From: a bacterium UBP13_UBA5359 | Lineage (GTDB): Bacteria; UBP13; UBA5359 | NCBI GenBank assembly: GCA_002410925.1 | Contig: DHPR01000004.1 | Coordinates: forward strand, 1-64,000 | Direction: 5' to 3' | Length of the DNA stretch: 64,000 bases | Shown: positions 48,281 through 58,948 of the stretch, one piece after another | Layout: each line of letters starts with the position of its first letter | Numbering within the stretch: position 1 is the first letter of the stretch | Position numbers and translations under genes: made by a program | Notes under the pieces: model-generated | Databases searched by the model: none | What the model saw: the letters and a program-made list of their open reading frames with translations, nothing else | What the model was told of the DNA's origin: nothing

Positions 48281-49405
48281 ATGAGCGATAGAAAACAACT
48301 TGCGCTTGAAACCATTATGCAGAGGCATACAAAAAGGATACCAAGTTGGACATTTCACCCCATGGAACACTCTGTCATTGAAAGATTTGCCGGCGCAAAT
48401 TCGGGGGATTACCGCAAGAACCCGAAGGAGGTATATCTTGCCATGCAGAGGGCTGTCGGCACCTGCATGATAGATCAATATATTCCATTAAATCCATTAA
48501 CAATGGGCAACAAAGGCTATGATGAGGAAACAGAACGAGGGGTAACTACCGGAGCAGCACAAATACTTCTGGACGACATGGAAATTGATTCCCCGGAAGC
48601 TATGATAGAACACATGGAAAGATATATTTTCCCCCGGATGCAGAAAGAGTTATTGGAGTTTAATGAAGATATAAGAGTAAAAGAGATAATTGAGTCAGAG
48701 AGAGCTGTTCAACGTGAGTTAGGTCAGGATATTTTAAAAGCGCCTTACGGGTTTACAGCTTTTCCTTGCTTTGCTTACAATACCTATGGATATGCAAATT
48801 ACTTTATGGCCTGCGCGCTATATCCGGAGGTAATAGAGAAGCATTTCTCTTTGGCTGCAGATGTATCCATACTAAACAACCGTGCGGTTGCCAGGGCCTT
48901 TACGGAAGCAGGACTGCCTTTATACCTCAGGCTGGATCATGATATGGCAGACTCCAGAGGCACGTTGGTAAACATCAAATGGCTTGATAAACACTGGTTT
49001 CCGCACTTTGCCCGCAGCCTGGAACCCTTGTTAAAAACAGATATTCGAATGATTTGGCACTGTGACGGCAACCTGATGGAAATGGTACCCCGGCTGCTGG
49101 ATGTTGGTTTGCAAGGGTTCCAGGGGTTCCAGTATGAAGACGGAATGGATTACAAAAAAATCTGCCAAATGAAGGCCAAAGATGGGAACAGCCTGTTGAT
49201 AATTGCGGGGGTATCGGTAACGCGTACACTGCCCCACGGTACACCTGATGATATAAACAAAGAGATAGCATGGCTTGTTGAGAACGGGCCTGCAACAGGT
49301 TTATTCCTTGGCTGTTCAAGTTCCATCACACCAGGGGTTCCATGGGAAAATTTAAAAACATTGGTGGATGGTCTGCAATACTATAGAACCCACGGCAGGG
49401 GTTAA
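48281..49405 (+). CDS. Uroporphyrinogen decarboxylase (URO-D/MtaA-like) family protein
   Basis: DHDMAD, WHCDGN, LP.GTPDDI and C-terminal P.VPWENL pattern. Confidence 0.75.
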   Translation: MSDRKQLALETIMQRHTKRIPSWTFHPMEHSVIERFAGANSGDYRKNPKEVYLAMQRAVGTCMIDQYIPLNPLTMGNKGYDEETERGVTTGAAQILLDDMEIDSPEAMIEHMERYIFPRMQKELLEFNEDIRVKEIIESERAVQRELGQDILKAPYGFTAFPCFAYNTYGYANYFMACALYPEVIEKHFSLAADVSILNNRAVARAFTEAGLPLYLRLDHDMADSRGTLVNIKWLDKHWFPHFARSLEPLLKTDIRMIWHCDGNLMEMVPRLLDVGLQGFQGFQYEDGMDYKKICQMKAKDGNSLLIIAGVSVTRTLPHGTPDDINKEIAWLVENGPATGLFLGCSSSITPGVPWENLKTLVDGLQYYRTHGRG

Positions 49406-49463
49406 TAACCAGCATTTTACATACCTAATGCAGAGGGTTTGAATTTACAAGGAGTCTTAAACT

Positions 49464-50588
49464 ATGCAAACTTTTGGTGTTGGGGTTATAGGGTTCGGGT
49501 TTATAGGCAGGATGCATACCTATGGCTACAGAACCATGCCGCTCTACTATGATCCCGTGCCTGCGCGAACAAGACTTGTCGGGGTGGCAACATCCTCTCC
49601 GAAGACGGCGGAGAGAGCGGCGGCAAACGGCGGTTTTGAGCTTGGCACAGCGGACTGGAGGGAGCTCGTTGAGCGGGATGATATACAGATTATCAACATC
49701 TGCTCTCCAAACAGCCTGCACGCAGACCAGATTATTGCCGCCATGAAGGCCGGGAAGCACATCTATTGCGACAAACCCCTTGTGGTGGGCGAATCAGGTA
49801 TAGCTCGCGTGGAGAAGGCGCTCGCATCTTACAAAGGCACTGGGCAGGTGACTCTTCAGTACCGGTTCTACCCCCCCACGCTTCGGGCAAAACAGCTGAT
49901 AGACGAAGGATTCCTTGGTGAGGTAATAAGTTTCAGGGCGGCCTACCTGCATTCCGGCAGTGTAGACGCCTCAAAACCCATGGGCTGGAAGCAGCTTAAA
50001 TCAGAGGGAGGGGGAGTGCTTCAGGATTTAGGCTCGCACATCTTTGACCTTATGGATCATCTGATAGGCCCGTTTGAGAGCGTATTGGCGGAGACTCGGA
50101 TACTCTATCCCATGCGCCCGGGTACTAATGGGAAGATGGTTAAGGTAGAGGCAGACGACCAGGTAGTAATGCTTGTAAGACTTAAAAACGGCGCTGACGG
50201 AACCATAGAGGCCTCCAAAATTGCCACCGGCACGGAGGATGAACTCCGGTTTGAGATACACGGAGACAGGGGCGCTCTCCGCTTCAACCTTATGGAGCCA
50301 AACCACCTGGAGGCGTACGATATGCGCTGCTCGGAATCTCCGCTTGGTGGGGGCAGAGGCTGGCAGAGGATATCGACCGTCCAGCGGTATGAACTGCCGG
50401 CGGTCTTTCCAAGTCCCAAATCCGGGATAGGCTGGACGCGCGGACACGTCCACTGCCTGTACAGCTTCCTTAAAGCCGTTGCGGATGGGTCTCCTGCAGA
50501 ACCGTCGCTCTTGAATGGCTTGGAGTTGCAGAAGAAGCTTGCCGTGATAGAGGAAGCAGCAAAGACCGGAAGCCGGAGGAAGCTATAA
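49464..50588 (+). CDS. Gfo/Idh/MocA-family oxidoreductase
   Basis: GFGFIG, ICSPN..H, GKHIYCDKP and GGGVLQDLGSH. Confidence 0.92.
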   Translation: MQTFGVGVIGFGFIGRMHTYGYRTMPLYYDPVPARTRLVGVATSSPKTAERAAANGGFELGTADWRELVERDDIQIINICSPNSLHADQIIAAMKAGKHIYCDKPLVVGESGIARVEKALASYKGTGQVTLQYRFYPPTLRAKQLIDEGFLGEVISFRAAYLHSGSVDASKPMGWKQLKSEGGGVLQDLGSHIFDLMDHLIGPFESVLAETRILYPMRPGTNGKMVKVEADDQVVMLVRLKNGADGTIEASKIATGTEDELRFEIHGDRGALRFNLMEPNHLEAYDMRCSESPLGGGRGWQRISTVQRYELPAVFPSPKSGIGWTRGHVHCLYSFLKAVADGSPAEPSLLNGLELQKKLAVIEEAAKTGSRRKL

Positions 50589-50606
50589 TTTAGCTCCAGG
50601 GAGGTT

Positions 50607-51155
50607 ATGTTGGAACAGCTATCCATGATACTTGAAGACCTTAATAACCTGCCGGAAGTTGATCTTCCGCCGGAATACCATCTCCGCTGCTGCAGAGACG
50701 GCGATGGAGAACGCTGGATTAAGTTAATAAGCAATGTTTTCGGCTATGCAAGCGAAGCCGTCGGGAGCAGCTGGCAGGAGATCATTCAAAGTCCTTACTT
50801 TCAACCCGAAGATGTGATTTTCATATGCTGCGGCAGCCATGTGGTTGCCACCGCCACCGCCAGACTTAGAGAGACTGCTCCTGCGGGGACGGGATACCTG
50901 CACATGGTGGCGGCAGACCCTGCTCACAAGGGGACGAAGCTGGGTGCGGCGGTTGTTGCAGCGGTGTGTCGGCGTCTTAAATACAGGGGGATGTTACAGG
51001 TGCTCCTTCATACAGATGACTTCCGAGTACCTGCCCTATTAACCTACCTTAAGCTTGGTTTCAGGCCGGTTATTAAAGATATAGAGATGAAAAACAGGTG
51101 GGTAGAATTGGCCAAAACCCTCGATATGCCGCTACCTGATTTGGCAATAGAATAA
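50607..51155 (+). CDS. GNAT-family acetyltransferase
   Basis: HMVAADPAHKGTKLG and LHTDDFRVPA...YLKLGF. Confidence 0.85.
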   Translation: MLEQLSMILEDLNNLPEVDLPPEYHLRCCRDGDGERWIKLISNVFGYASEAVGSSWQEIIQSPYFQPEDVIFICCGSHVVATATARLRETAPAGTGYLHMVAADPAHKGTKLGAAVVAAVCRRLKYRGMLQVLLHTDDFRVPALLTYLKLGFRPVIKDIEMKNRWVELAKTLDMPLPDLAIE

Positions 51156-51176
51156 ATAGTATGCTGAGGTGACAGA

Positions 51177-52184
51177 ATGGTTCAGCCAAACAGTAACGAC
51201 CGGAGAATATACAAAGAAGAGATACTTCCGTGGTTGCCGAAGAAAATTATAGATTGCCATGTACATATTGGTTTGGAAGATCATAGCGATCCAATTTCGC
51301 CAGAGCGAATTGCGGAGAGTTGGACGTTGGAAATTAAAAGCGATATGTCGTGGGAAGACCTGCAAGCTACGTACAGAGAACTTCTGCCGGAGCAGAAAGT
51401 TTCTATCCTGGTGTTTGGGCATCCTCGCCGAGAGGTTGACCAGATACAGAGCAACCGGTATGTAATGGATAAAGCTCTCCAAAACAAAAGCGCAGCCCAT
51501 GCGCTCGTTGTAACCAAGCCGGAGTGGGATGCCTCAGTTATTGAGAGCGCCATGTTCTGCGGGTTTGCCGGCATAAAGCCCTACCCGGATTTTGCCCCCC
51601 AGAATCTTGAATGCAGCATCTATGATTTTCTCCCCAAGAGCCACCTTGCCATGCTTAACAGGCTGGGCGGCGTACTTATGCTGCACCTTCCCCGGCGGGG
51701 GCGTATTGCAGACCCGGAGAATATACGGGAACTGACAGAGATATACAATGATTACCCCAACATCAAGATGGTGGTGGCGCATATTGGACGGGCATACTGC
51801 CTCCCAACGGCAGAGGAGGGCCTGCCGCCGTTTGCGGATTGCACCCGTATGTATTTTGACACCGCCGCAAACCTGAATACAGATGTCTTTCAATTTGCCC
51901 TTGAAACGCTGGGCCCGGATAGAGTTCTCTTTGGTACGGACCTTCCCATCACTCTTATGCGCGGTGTCCGCGAGCATGTGGGCGATAAATACATAAACTT
52001 TACGGACGGTGATTACTCCTGGAACAAAAACCGCAAGAGCGCAGAGGAAGAGTCTGAGTACACGTACTACCTGTATGAAGAGCTGCTGGCAATAATCCGC
52101 GCAGTAAAGAGCGCAGGCATGGGCCATGAAGAGATGGAAAAGATCGTGTACCGGAACTGCGCGCGTATCTTAGGAGAGAGTTGA
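51177..52184 (+). CDS. Amidohydrolase family protein
   Basis: IDCHVH, GIKPY, LHLP, AHIGR and LFGTDLP. Confidence 0.85.
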   Translation: MVQPNSNDRRIYKEEILPWLPKKIIDCHVHIGLEDHSDPISPERIAESWTLEIKSDMSWEDLQATYRELLPEQKVSILVFGHPRREVDQIQSNRYVMDKALQNKSAAHALVVTKPEWDASVIESAMFCGFAGIKPYPDFAPQNLECSIYDFLPKSHLAMLNRLGGVLMLHLPRRGRIADPENIRELTEIYNDYPNIKMVVAHIGRAYCLPTAEEGLPPFADCTRMYFDTAANLNTDVFQFALETLGPDRVLFGTDLPITLMRGVREHVGDKYINFTDGDYSWNKNRKSAEEESEYTYYLYEELLAIIRAVKSAGMGHEEMEKIVYRNCARILGES

Positions 52185-52219
52185 AGGCTACAGGTATTAT
52201 TTATGGAAGGGGCATGCAT

Positions 52220-53344
52220 ATGGGAACCTTGAAAGTAGGCATAGTAGGATCGGCAGGAAGAGGAGGGGGATTCTTTGGTCCCTTTATCCATAATCCGCTC
52301 ACGGAGATATCGGCGCTCTGTGATATAAATGTCGAAGGGTTGAAGAAGACCGCCGAAGCAGCAGGCGTATCATCAATCTACAGTGATTATGAAGAAATGC
52401 TGGAAAAAGCCGAGCTGGATATAGTGGTGATTGGGACTCCCATGCACCTGCATGTAACGCAGTCTGTAATGGCGCTTCAAAGGAATATCCATGTGATCAG
52501 CGAGGTGCCGGCCGCAGTATCCATTAAAGAGGCTAAGCAGCTTGAGGAGGCATGCCGGAAGAGCAATGCACGGTATATGCTGTCGGAAAACTATTGCTAT
52601 ATGCGTCCCAATGTGCTGGTTAAAGCAATAGCAAAAGCAGGTTTGTTTGGAGAGATGTACTTCGGCGAAGGCGAGTATATCCATGAGCTTAAGGAGCTGA
52701 ATGAGGTTACCAAATGGCGCAGGCACTGGCAGACGGGCATAAACGGCTGTACCTATCCTACGCACAGCTTGGGTCCTGTCTATCAGTGGATGGGTGAGAG
52801 GGTTGTATCTGTCTCCTGTGTCGGTTCCGGCCATCACTATACAGATCAGCATGGAGATATATATGAAAACGAGGACAGCACGCTCATGCTCTGCCGCATG
52901 GCAAAGAGCGGTCTGGTTAAAATACGGTTGGATATGCTGTCCAACCGCCCGCACAATATGACATACTACGCCCTCCAGGGAACGGAAGGCTGCTACGAAT
53001 CGGACCGTGGCTTGGGTGATGAGCCGAAAATATGGCTTAAGAGCCGTTCCAAAGAGATGAAATGGATGCCGCTTAAGGAGCTTGAAGAAGAATTTCTGGA
53101 GGAGCGATGGCTTCATCCGTCTAAAGAAGCCCTTGAATCTGGCCACGGAGGCGGGGATTACATGGTGATAGAAGATTTTGTGGATGCAGTATTAAACGAT
53201 AAACCTATGCCTATAGGTATCCACGAAGCTCTGGATATGACCCTACCCGGTCTTATAAGCCAGGAATCCATAAAAAACGGCTCTGCCTGGATGGATGTTC
53301 CCAACTCTCGTGATTGGCAATCATGCGGCGGAGAAAGACAATGA
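52220..53344 (+). CDS. Gfo/Idh/MocA-family oxidoreductase
   Basis: Rossmann VGIVG, SEVPA, ENYCY, EGEY.H, YPTHSLGP and GHGGGD. Confidence 0.9.
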   Translation: MGTLKVGIVGSAGRGGGFFGPFIHNPLTEISALCDINVEGLKKTAEAAGVSSIYSDYEEMLEKAELDIVVIGTPMHLHVTQSVMALQRNIHVISEVPAAVSIKEAKQLEEACRKSNARYMLSENYCYMRPNVLVKAIAKAGLFGEMYFGEGEYIHELKELNEVTKWRRHWQTGINGCTYPTHSLGPVYQWMGERVVSVSCVGSGHHYTDQHGDIYENEDSTLMLCRMAKSGLVKIRLDMLSNRPHNMTYYALQGTEGCYESDRGLGDEPKIWLKSRSKEMKWMPLKELEEEFLEERWLHPSKEALESGHGGGDYMVIEDFVDAVLNDKPMPIGIHEALDMTLPGLISQESIKNGSAWMDVPNSRDWQSCGGERQ

Positions 53345-54738
53345 CCAAACCTAAAATAGGCCTGCTTCCGCTCTACCTTGAGCTTTATGACAAAGGCATG
53401 CCCGGCCTGCGCAACCGAATGGAAGGCTTCTACAACACCATAGCCCGTGAGCTTGAGTGCAGAGGACTTGAAGTTTCAACCGTGCCTGTCTGTCGCCTTG
53501 CAGGGGAGTTTAGATCGGCGATTAAAAGCATAGAAGATTCAGGCGCATCTTGTATTGTAACTCTGCATCTGGCCTACTCGCCATCATTAGAATCGGCGCA
53601 AGCACTTGCATCAACCGACCTGCCGATAATTGTTTTGGATACCACCCCCGCCTTTGATTTTGGCCCCGGCCAGGTTCCGGAAGAGATAATGTTCAACCAT
53701 GGAATTCATGGCGTTCAGGATATGTGCAACCTCTTGATCAGAAACGGTAAACGGTTTGGAATAGAAGCCGGCCACTGGAGGGAATCTGATGTGCTTGACC
53801 GGGTTACATCCCGAGCACGCGCATCACGGGTGGCAGGACGACTCCAAAATTCCCGCATAGGGCTGATAGGAGAACCCTTTGCCGGCATGGGTGACTTTGC
53901 AGTGCCGCCGGAAACATTAAAGGATTCGCTAGGCATTGAGACCGTACGCTGCAACATGGCAAAACTCCGCTTGCTAGCCCCAGGCCCCAGCGAACCGTGT
54001 GTGAATAAAGAGTTAGCCGAAGACAAGGGTAGATTCCTGCTACACAACATAAGCCGTGAATCTCATATAAGAAGCATAAGGGCCGGGATAGCCGTGAGGC
54101 GCTGGATGGATAAAGAAGCCCTTGATGGGTTCACGGTAAACTTTCTGGCGATAGATAGTGCCTTCGGACTCCCGACGGTGCCATTCCTTGAAGCGGGGAA
54201 AGCCATGTCGCGCGGGCAGGGGTATGCAGGCGAGGGGGATGTTCTAACATCGGCGCTTACGGGCGCCCTGGCTGGTACCTATCGCGAGACAACATTTACA
54301 GAGATGTTTTGCCCGGATTGGAAGAATAATGCCATATTCCTAAGCCACATGGGTGAGATGAACCCGGATATTGCCAGCGAAAAGGCAGAACTAAAAGAGC
54401 TGCCCTTTCCCTGGACGAATGTAAAAAAACCTGTTGCCGCGGTTGGCAGGTTTAAGGCGGGGGATGCTGTGCTGGTGAACCTGGCTCCGGGGCCGGATGG
54501 CTGCTTCTCACTGATAGTATCTGCCGTAGAGATGCTGGAGGCAACCGGTGAAGATTATATGAGCGGCAGCATCCATGGCTGGTTCCGTCCGCCTGTACCG
54601 GTAAGCAACTTCCTTGAAGCCTACAGCCGGGCAGGCGGCACGCATCACCTGGTGCTGGTATACAAAGCGCAAGTACAGGATATACTTCACTTCGGTTCCA
54701 TAATGGGCTGGAGTGTAATTAATTTGAGCACACGATAA
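53341..54738 (+). CDS. L-arabinose/L-fucose isomerase-like protein
   Basis: LAYSPS, NHGIHG, GYAGEGD, FTE, SHMGE and GGTHH motifs of the AraA/FucI fold. Confidence 0.8.
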   Translation: MTKPKIGLLPLYLELYDKGMPGLRNRMEGFYNTIARELECRGLEVSTVPVCRLAGEFRSAIKSIEDSGASCIVTLHLAYSPSLESAQALASTDLPIIVLDTTPAFDFGPGQVPEEIMFNHGIHGVQDMCNLLIRNGKRFGIEAGHWRESDVLDRVTSRARASRVAGRLQNSRIGLIGEPFAGMGDFAVPPETLKDSLGIETVRCNMAKLRLLAPGPSEPCVNKELAEDKGRFLLHNISRESHIRSIRAGIAVRRWMDKEALDGFTVNFLAIDSAFGLPTVPFLEAGKAMSRGQGYAGEGDVLTSALTGALAGTYRETTFTEMFCPDWKNNAIFLSHMGEMNPDIASEKAELKELPFPWTNVKKPVAAVGRFKAGDAVLVNLAPGPDGCFSLIVSAVEMLEATGEDYMSGSIHGWFRPPVPVSNFLEAYSRAGGTHHLVLVYKAQVQDILHFGSIMGWSVINLSTR

Positions 54739-54747
54739 AGGAGGCTA

Positions 54748-55992
54748 ATGATGGTCGGTAGAAAAATTAAAGTTGGTGTTGTTGGAGCAAGAAGAGGCTC
54801 AAACTTTGCGAGCATGGCAGAAAAGGTGGGGATGAAGCTGGTAGCCCTCTGCGACACATGGGAAGAGCGACTAAATGAGGTCGGAAGCAGGCTTGGGGTT
54901 TCCACCTATACAGATTTTGATAAGTTCCTGGAACACGATATGGATGCCGTGGTGCTGGCAAATTACTTCCATCAGCACGCGCCGCTTGCAATAAAAGCAC
55001 TGGAATCCGGCAGGCACGTGATGAGCGAGACCAGCGCGTGTAAAACACTGGGAGAGGGTGTACGGCTTGCACGCGCCGTAGAGAAGAGCGGCAAGATTTA
55101 CATGTTTGCGGAGAACTACCCATATTTTGCTTATAACCAGGAGATGCGCCGCCTCTACAAGGCCGGAGAGATAGGCGAGGTTCAGTATTCGGAAGGTGAG
55201 TATGTTCATCCTACCAGTTCATATATCTTTAACCAACTGGCCCCCGGCATGAAGCATTGGCGCAATCATATTCCGAGCACGTATTACTGCACTCATGCAA
55301 TGGGTCCACTTATGTACATTACTGATACTCGTCCGGTAAGCGTAAACGCGCAGAGCATTCCAAGATCGGAAAAAGACTTGCAGAATCAGCATGTACGGGT
55401 GACGGATATTGGATCTGTGATAATCGCAAAAATGAGCAACGGTTCCGTATCCAGAATTATCGGGATTAATTTGCGCGGACATGGCAACTGGTATAGGTTC
55501 CACGGCACAAGAGGACTCATGGAAAACCTGCGTACCGGCAACAAAGAGATGCTACGCATTGTGCATGAGGAGTGGGATCGCAAAAAGGGTGATGTTGCAG
55601 AGAAGATATACCAGCCGGATTTCCCAATACACCTCAATATGGCGAAGAAAGCAGGGCACGGCGGCGGAGATTTCTTCACCAGCTATGATTTTGCGCAGGC
55701 CATAAGAAGAAACGAGCAGCCGTATTTTAATGTTTACCGGGGGCTGGATATGACCCTTGTGGGCATTCAGGGATGGCGCTCCTGCCTGGCTAACGGCGCT
55801 CCGTTTGAGGTGCCGGACTTTCGTGATGAATCCGTGCGCAAAAATTACCAGGATGATGACTGGTCGCCATTCCCGGAGGATAAGAAACCCGGCCAGCCGT
55901 GGCCCAGTATCAAGGGGGAGATAAAGCCCTCTGTCGAGGGGATTGCTTATGCCCGCAAAGTATGGGCGGAGATGGGATACAAGGGTGAATAG
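54748..55992 (+). CDS. Gfo/Idh/MocA-family oxidoreductase
   Basis: VGVVGA, HVMSE, ENYPY, EGEY.H, YCTHAMGP and GHGGGD. Confidence 0.9.
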   Translation: MMVGRKIKVGVVGARRGSNFASMAEKVGMKLVALCDTWEERLNEVGSRLGVSTYTDFDKFLEHDMDAVVLANYFHQHAPLAIKALESGRHVMSETSACKTLGEGVRLARAVEKSGKIYMFAENYPYFAYNQEMRRLYKAGEIGEVQYSEGEYVHPTSSYIFNQLAPGMKHWRNHIPSTYYCTHAMGPLMYITDTRPVSVNAQSIPRSEKDLQNQHVRVTDIGSVIIAKMSNGSVSRIIGINLRGHGNWYRFHGTRGLMENLRTGNKEMLRIVHEEWDRKKGDVAEKIYQPDFPIHLNMAKKAGHGGGDFFTSYDFAQAIRRNEQPYFNVYRGLDMTLVGIQGWRSCLANGAPFEVPDFRDESVRKNYQDDDWSPFPEDKKPGQPWPSIKGEIKPSVEGIAYARKVWAEMGYKGE

Positions 55993-55997
55993 CCGCT

Positions 55998-57389
55998 ATG
56001 AAAGCTGATGCATTCCTTGGGCTGGATATAGGCGGAACGGGCGCAAAGGCAGGGGTGTTTGATCAGTGTGGAAGGCTGCTGGGGTTCGGCCGCGCAAAAC
56101 TTGCCGTAGACAATCAATCTGAAAGCTCCATTGAGGAGATATATACCGCCGTACGTGATGCTGCCCGCGCGGCAGTAAGCCGGGCAGGCGTGTGCGTACG
56201 TGCGATGTCTGTATCCTCCCAGGGACAGACCTTTGCGCCGCTGGATAAAGACGGCCGCCCTCTGCATCCGGCCATTATGTGGTACGATGCCCGGGCGTTC
56301 AGGGAGGCGGAAGAGCTAAAATCGCAGGTATCTGCGCCTATCATAAACGATATATCCACAATTGCAAAGATAGTCTGGCTGAAGAAGCATGCGTCGGATG
56401 CAATCCTTCATGTACAAAAGTACCTTCTGCTGCCGGATTATATCTCTTTTCGCCTAACGGGCAGAGCGGTAACAGACCCCAACACTGCATCATCAACAGG
56501 GTTCTATGCTGCTGATGCATTCGGTTATTCAAAGGAAGCGCTTAATGCATCCGGGGTGGAGGAGAGGCAGCTTGCCGGCATACAGCCCCACGGCAGCATA
56601 ATAGGGCGCCTTGATGCAGATATCGCCGCAGAATGGGGTCTTACTGCAGATACCTTGCTTGTTACAGGTTCCAATGACCAGTATTGCGGTGCCCTGGGCG
56701 CCGGAGTATGCCGCCCCGGAACGGCATCTGAAACCAGTGGAACCTGCCTTGCAATTGTAACGCTGGCGGAGCAGATTTTAAGCAATCTTCCGGATGGGCT
56801 AACCAGCGGCAGATTTCCTATTGAGGGCTATTCATTTGTGCTGGCTTATGAAAGAACAGCTGGGCTGATGCTTGATTCTTTTCGTGAAGAGCTATGTCCC
56901 GGCAAAGACTTTGAAGAGTTAGACAAAGAGGCATCATCCGTGCCGCCTGGGAGCAGAGGGATAGTTCTGCCGTCCAACTTTGACGGCGCCAGCAAATTCA
57001 CCAGTAACCTATCCCTTAAAAATGCTCCGGCAGAGATATACAGAGCCATACTGGAATCCCTTGCATTCAGCATGAAAGAGAAGGTGGAGTTAATGAAAGC
57101 GCAGGGGCTTTCTTTTGATTCCATACGCTCCATAGGCGGCGGTGCAAAGAGCAACCTATGGCTGCAAATAAAGGCAGATATCCTTGGCATGCCCATAGAA
57201 CGTCCGCAGGTTACCGAAGCCGCATCTCTTGGAGCGGCAATGATTGCAGCATCCGGCGCAGGTGCTTACGCCTCTATAGCAGAGGCATCAAAATCTATGT
57301 GGCGCGGAGAGGATATATTTAAGCCGAATAAATTCAATAAGGTTGTTTATGACGAAGCTTACAGGCGCTACCTGCAGCTAAGTCATTAA
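55998..57389 (+). CDS. FGGY-family carbohydrate kinase (xylulokinase-like)
   Basis: GLDIGGT, WYDAR, GSNDQ, SGT, GGGAKS.LW.QIKAD and GAAMIA. Confidence 0.9.
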   Translation: MKADAFLGLDIGGTGAKAGVFDQCGRLLGFGRAKLAVDNQSESSIEEIYTAVRDAARAAVSRAGVCVRAMSVSSQGQTFAPLDKDGRPLHPAIMWYDARAFREAEELKSQVSAPIINDISTIAKIVWLKKHASDAILHVQKYLLLPDYISFRLTGRAVTDPNTASSTGFYAADAFGYSKEALNASGVEERQLAGIQPHGSIIGRLDADIAAEWGLTADTLLVTGSNDQYCGALGAGVCRPGTASETSGTCLAIVTLAEQILSNLPDGLTSGRFPIEGYSFVLAYERTAGLMLDSFREELCPGKDFEELDKEASSVPPGSRGIVLPSNFDGASKFTSNLSLKNAPAEIYRAILESLAFSMKEKVELMKAQGLSFDSIRSIGGGAKSNLWLQIKADILGMPIERPQVTEAASLGAAMIAASGAGAYASIAEASKSMWRGEDIFKPNKFNKVVYDEAYRRYLQLSH

Positions 57390-57419
57390 TTTAAACACAA
57401 CAACAGAAAGGCATGAGAG

Positions 57420-58235
57420 ATGAACGGATTAGATATCAGAATGAGCAGGCTGTTTCCCAGCGGAGAGAACGCCGTTGTGGTTGCAGTAGATCATGGAGAG
57501 TTTGACGGGCCTATCCCCGGCATGGTAGACTTGCCTCAAACGGTAAAAAGTATAGACCCGGGCGTATCTGCCGTACTAATATCGCCAGGGATGATAAAGC
57601 ATTGCACCTCTGTATTTTGCGGCAAAGGGGCGCCTGCTGCCATGGTACGCATAAACTGGAGCACCGTGTATGCCTTCCACTGGAGCTATAACAATGCAAA
57701 CACCGTGCAGGCCGTGAACGTGCCGGATGCCGTGGCGGCGGGCGCAGATACCGTGCTAATCTCGCTCACGCTCAAGACAGGGAGCGAAGAAAGGGATGCT
57801 GCAAACACAGAACTCTTCTGCAAACTGGCCGGTGAGGCGCACCGCCTGGGGATACCGGTTGTGGGCGAAATATTCCCGGCATATTCCGGCGAACTTTCAC
57901 CGGAAGAGATGCATGATCAGGTTTTGCGCGGCTGCCGCATAGTGGCAGAATTGGGCGCAGATCTTGTAAAGACCTTCTACACTCACAAGTTTAAGGAAGT
58001 TACGGACGGCTGCCCTATTTCCGTACTTGGGCTTGGTGCAGAAAAGACCCCCAGGCAGATACAGGCCCTGGAGCTGGCGGAGAGGATAGTTCAGGATGGC
58101 GGCAGAGGGGTGGTCTTTGGAAGAAACGTCATACAGGCGCCAAATCCCCAGGCCTTTCAGCGGGCACTTTGTGATGTAGTAAGACGCGGTGCCTCTGCTG
58201 CTTCTGCCGCCAAGCAATACGGATTGGAAGATTAA
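57420..58235 (+). CDS. Class I aldolase (FbaB/LsrF/DhnA family)
   Basis: AVDHG, ELGADLVKT (Schiff-base lysine) and VFGRNV.Q. Confidence 0.85.
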   Translation: MNGLDIRMSRLFPSGENAVVVAVDHGEFDGPIPGMVDLPQTVKSIDPGVSAVLISPGMIKHCTSVFCGKGAPAAMVRINWSTVYAFHWSYNNANTVQAVNVPDAVAAGADTVLISLTLKTGSEERDAANTELFCKLAGEAHRLGIPVVGEIFPAYSGELSPEEMHDQVLRGCRIVAELGADLVKTFYTHKFKEVTDGCPISVLGLGAEKTPRQIQALELAERIVQDGGRGVVFGRNVIQAPNPQAFQRALCDVVRRGASAASAAKQYGLED

Positions 58236-58385
58236 ACGGTTTAGAGCAGGTTTTACCAAGCCTTCTCTAACGTATGATAACGCTCTCAATCTGAAGCGCA
58301 TCTGCAATATACCGCAGAGATTCGGCAATAGTTGACCCTATTTCCACATTCCGCCTTGACACTTCCCGAAGCATGTGTTCCAATG

Positions 58386-58404
58386 TAGATGTAAATTACA
58401 CCTA
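58386..58404. promoter_or_regulatory. Imperfect palindrome, candidate PadR operator
   Basis: TAGATGTAA-A-TTACACCTA, downstream of TTGACA (58356) and upstream of DUF5320-padR. Confidence 0.5.
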
Positions 58405-58456
58405 TAAGTTATTAACATTGACTTGTTGTAAGGGTGTAAGCAAGGAGGGTAAAGCA

Positions 58457-58765
58457 ATGCCTGGTGGAGATGGAACGGGACCGCTGGGAATAGGGCCTAT
58501 GACAGGCTGTAGAAGCGGTTACTGTGCCGGCTATGATGTTTCGGGGTATGCCGGTATGAGAAGGTTCCCTGGAAGAGGTCCGAGATGTGGCGCAGGTTTG
58601 GGCCGGTTAGGCATATTTGCAGCCGGCGGGTTGCTTGCCCGCAATTTCTTCAGCACAATGTCAAGGGTGGATGAAAAAGCGCTGCTGCTTGAAGAAAGCA
58701 AGGTTATGGAAGATAGGCTGAATGATATCAAGCAGCGTTTGAGTCGCCTCGAACAGGATGAATAG
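58457..58765 (+). CDS. DUF5320-like small protein
   Basis: MPGGDGTGPLGIGPMTG..GYC start, Gly/Arg-rich middle, coiled-coil tail; GGAGG RBS. Confidence 0.8.
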   Translation: MPGGDGTGPLGIGPMTGCRSGYCAGYDVSGYAGMRRFPGRGPRCGAGLGRLGIFAAGGLLARNFFSTMSRVDEKALLLEESKVMEDRLNDIKQRLSRLEQDE

Positions 58766-58948
58766 TTGTGTTACGTTGTTGTTGACCCCATTTCTTTGAA
58801 GGGATAATTAAACTTAATGAAAAATGATAAATGTGGCGACAAAGAGTGTGGCAGCAGCAGGATAGAGGATTATGGCGACGGTCTTCCCCTGAGCCTTGCT
58901 CAGTATCTCATCGGTGAAGATTTATGAAAAGAACAGGAGTGATGCGAC

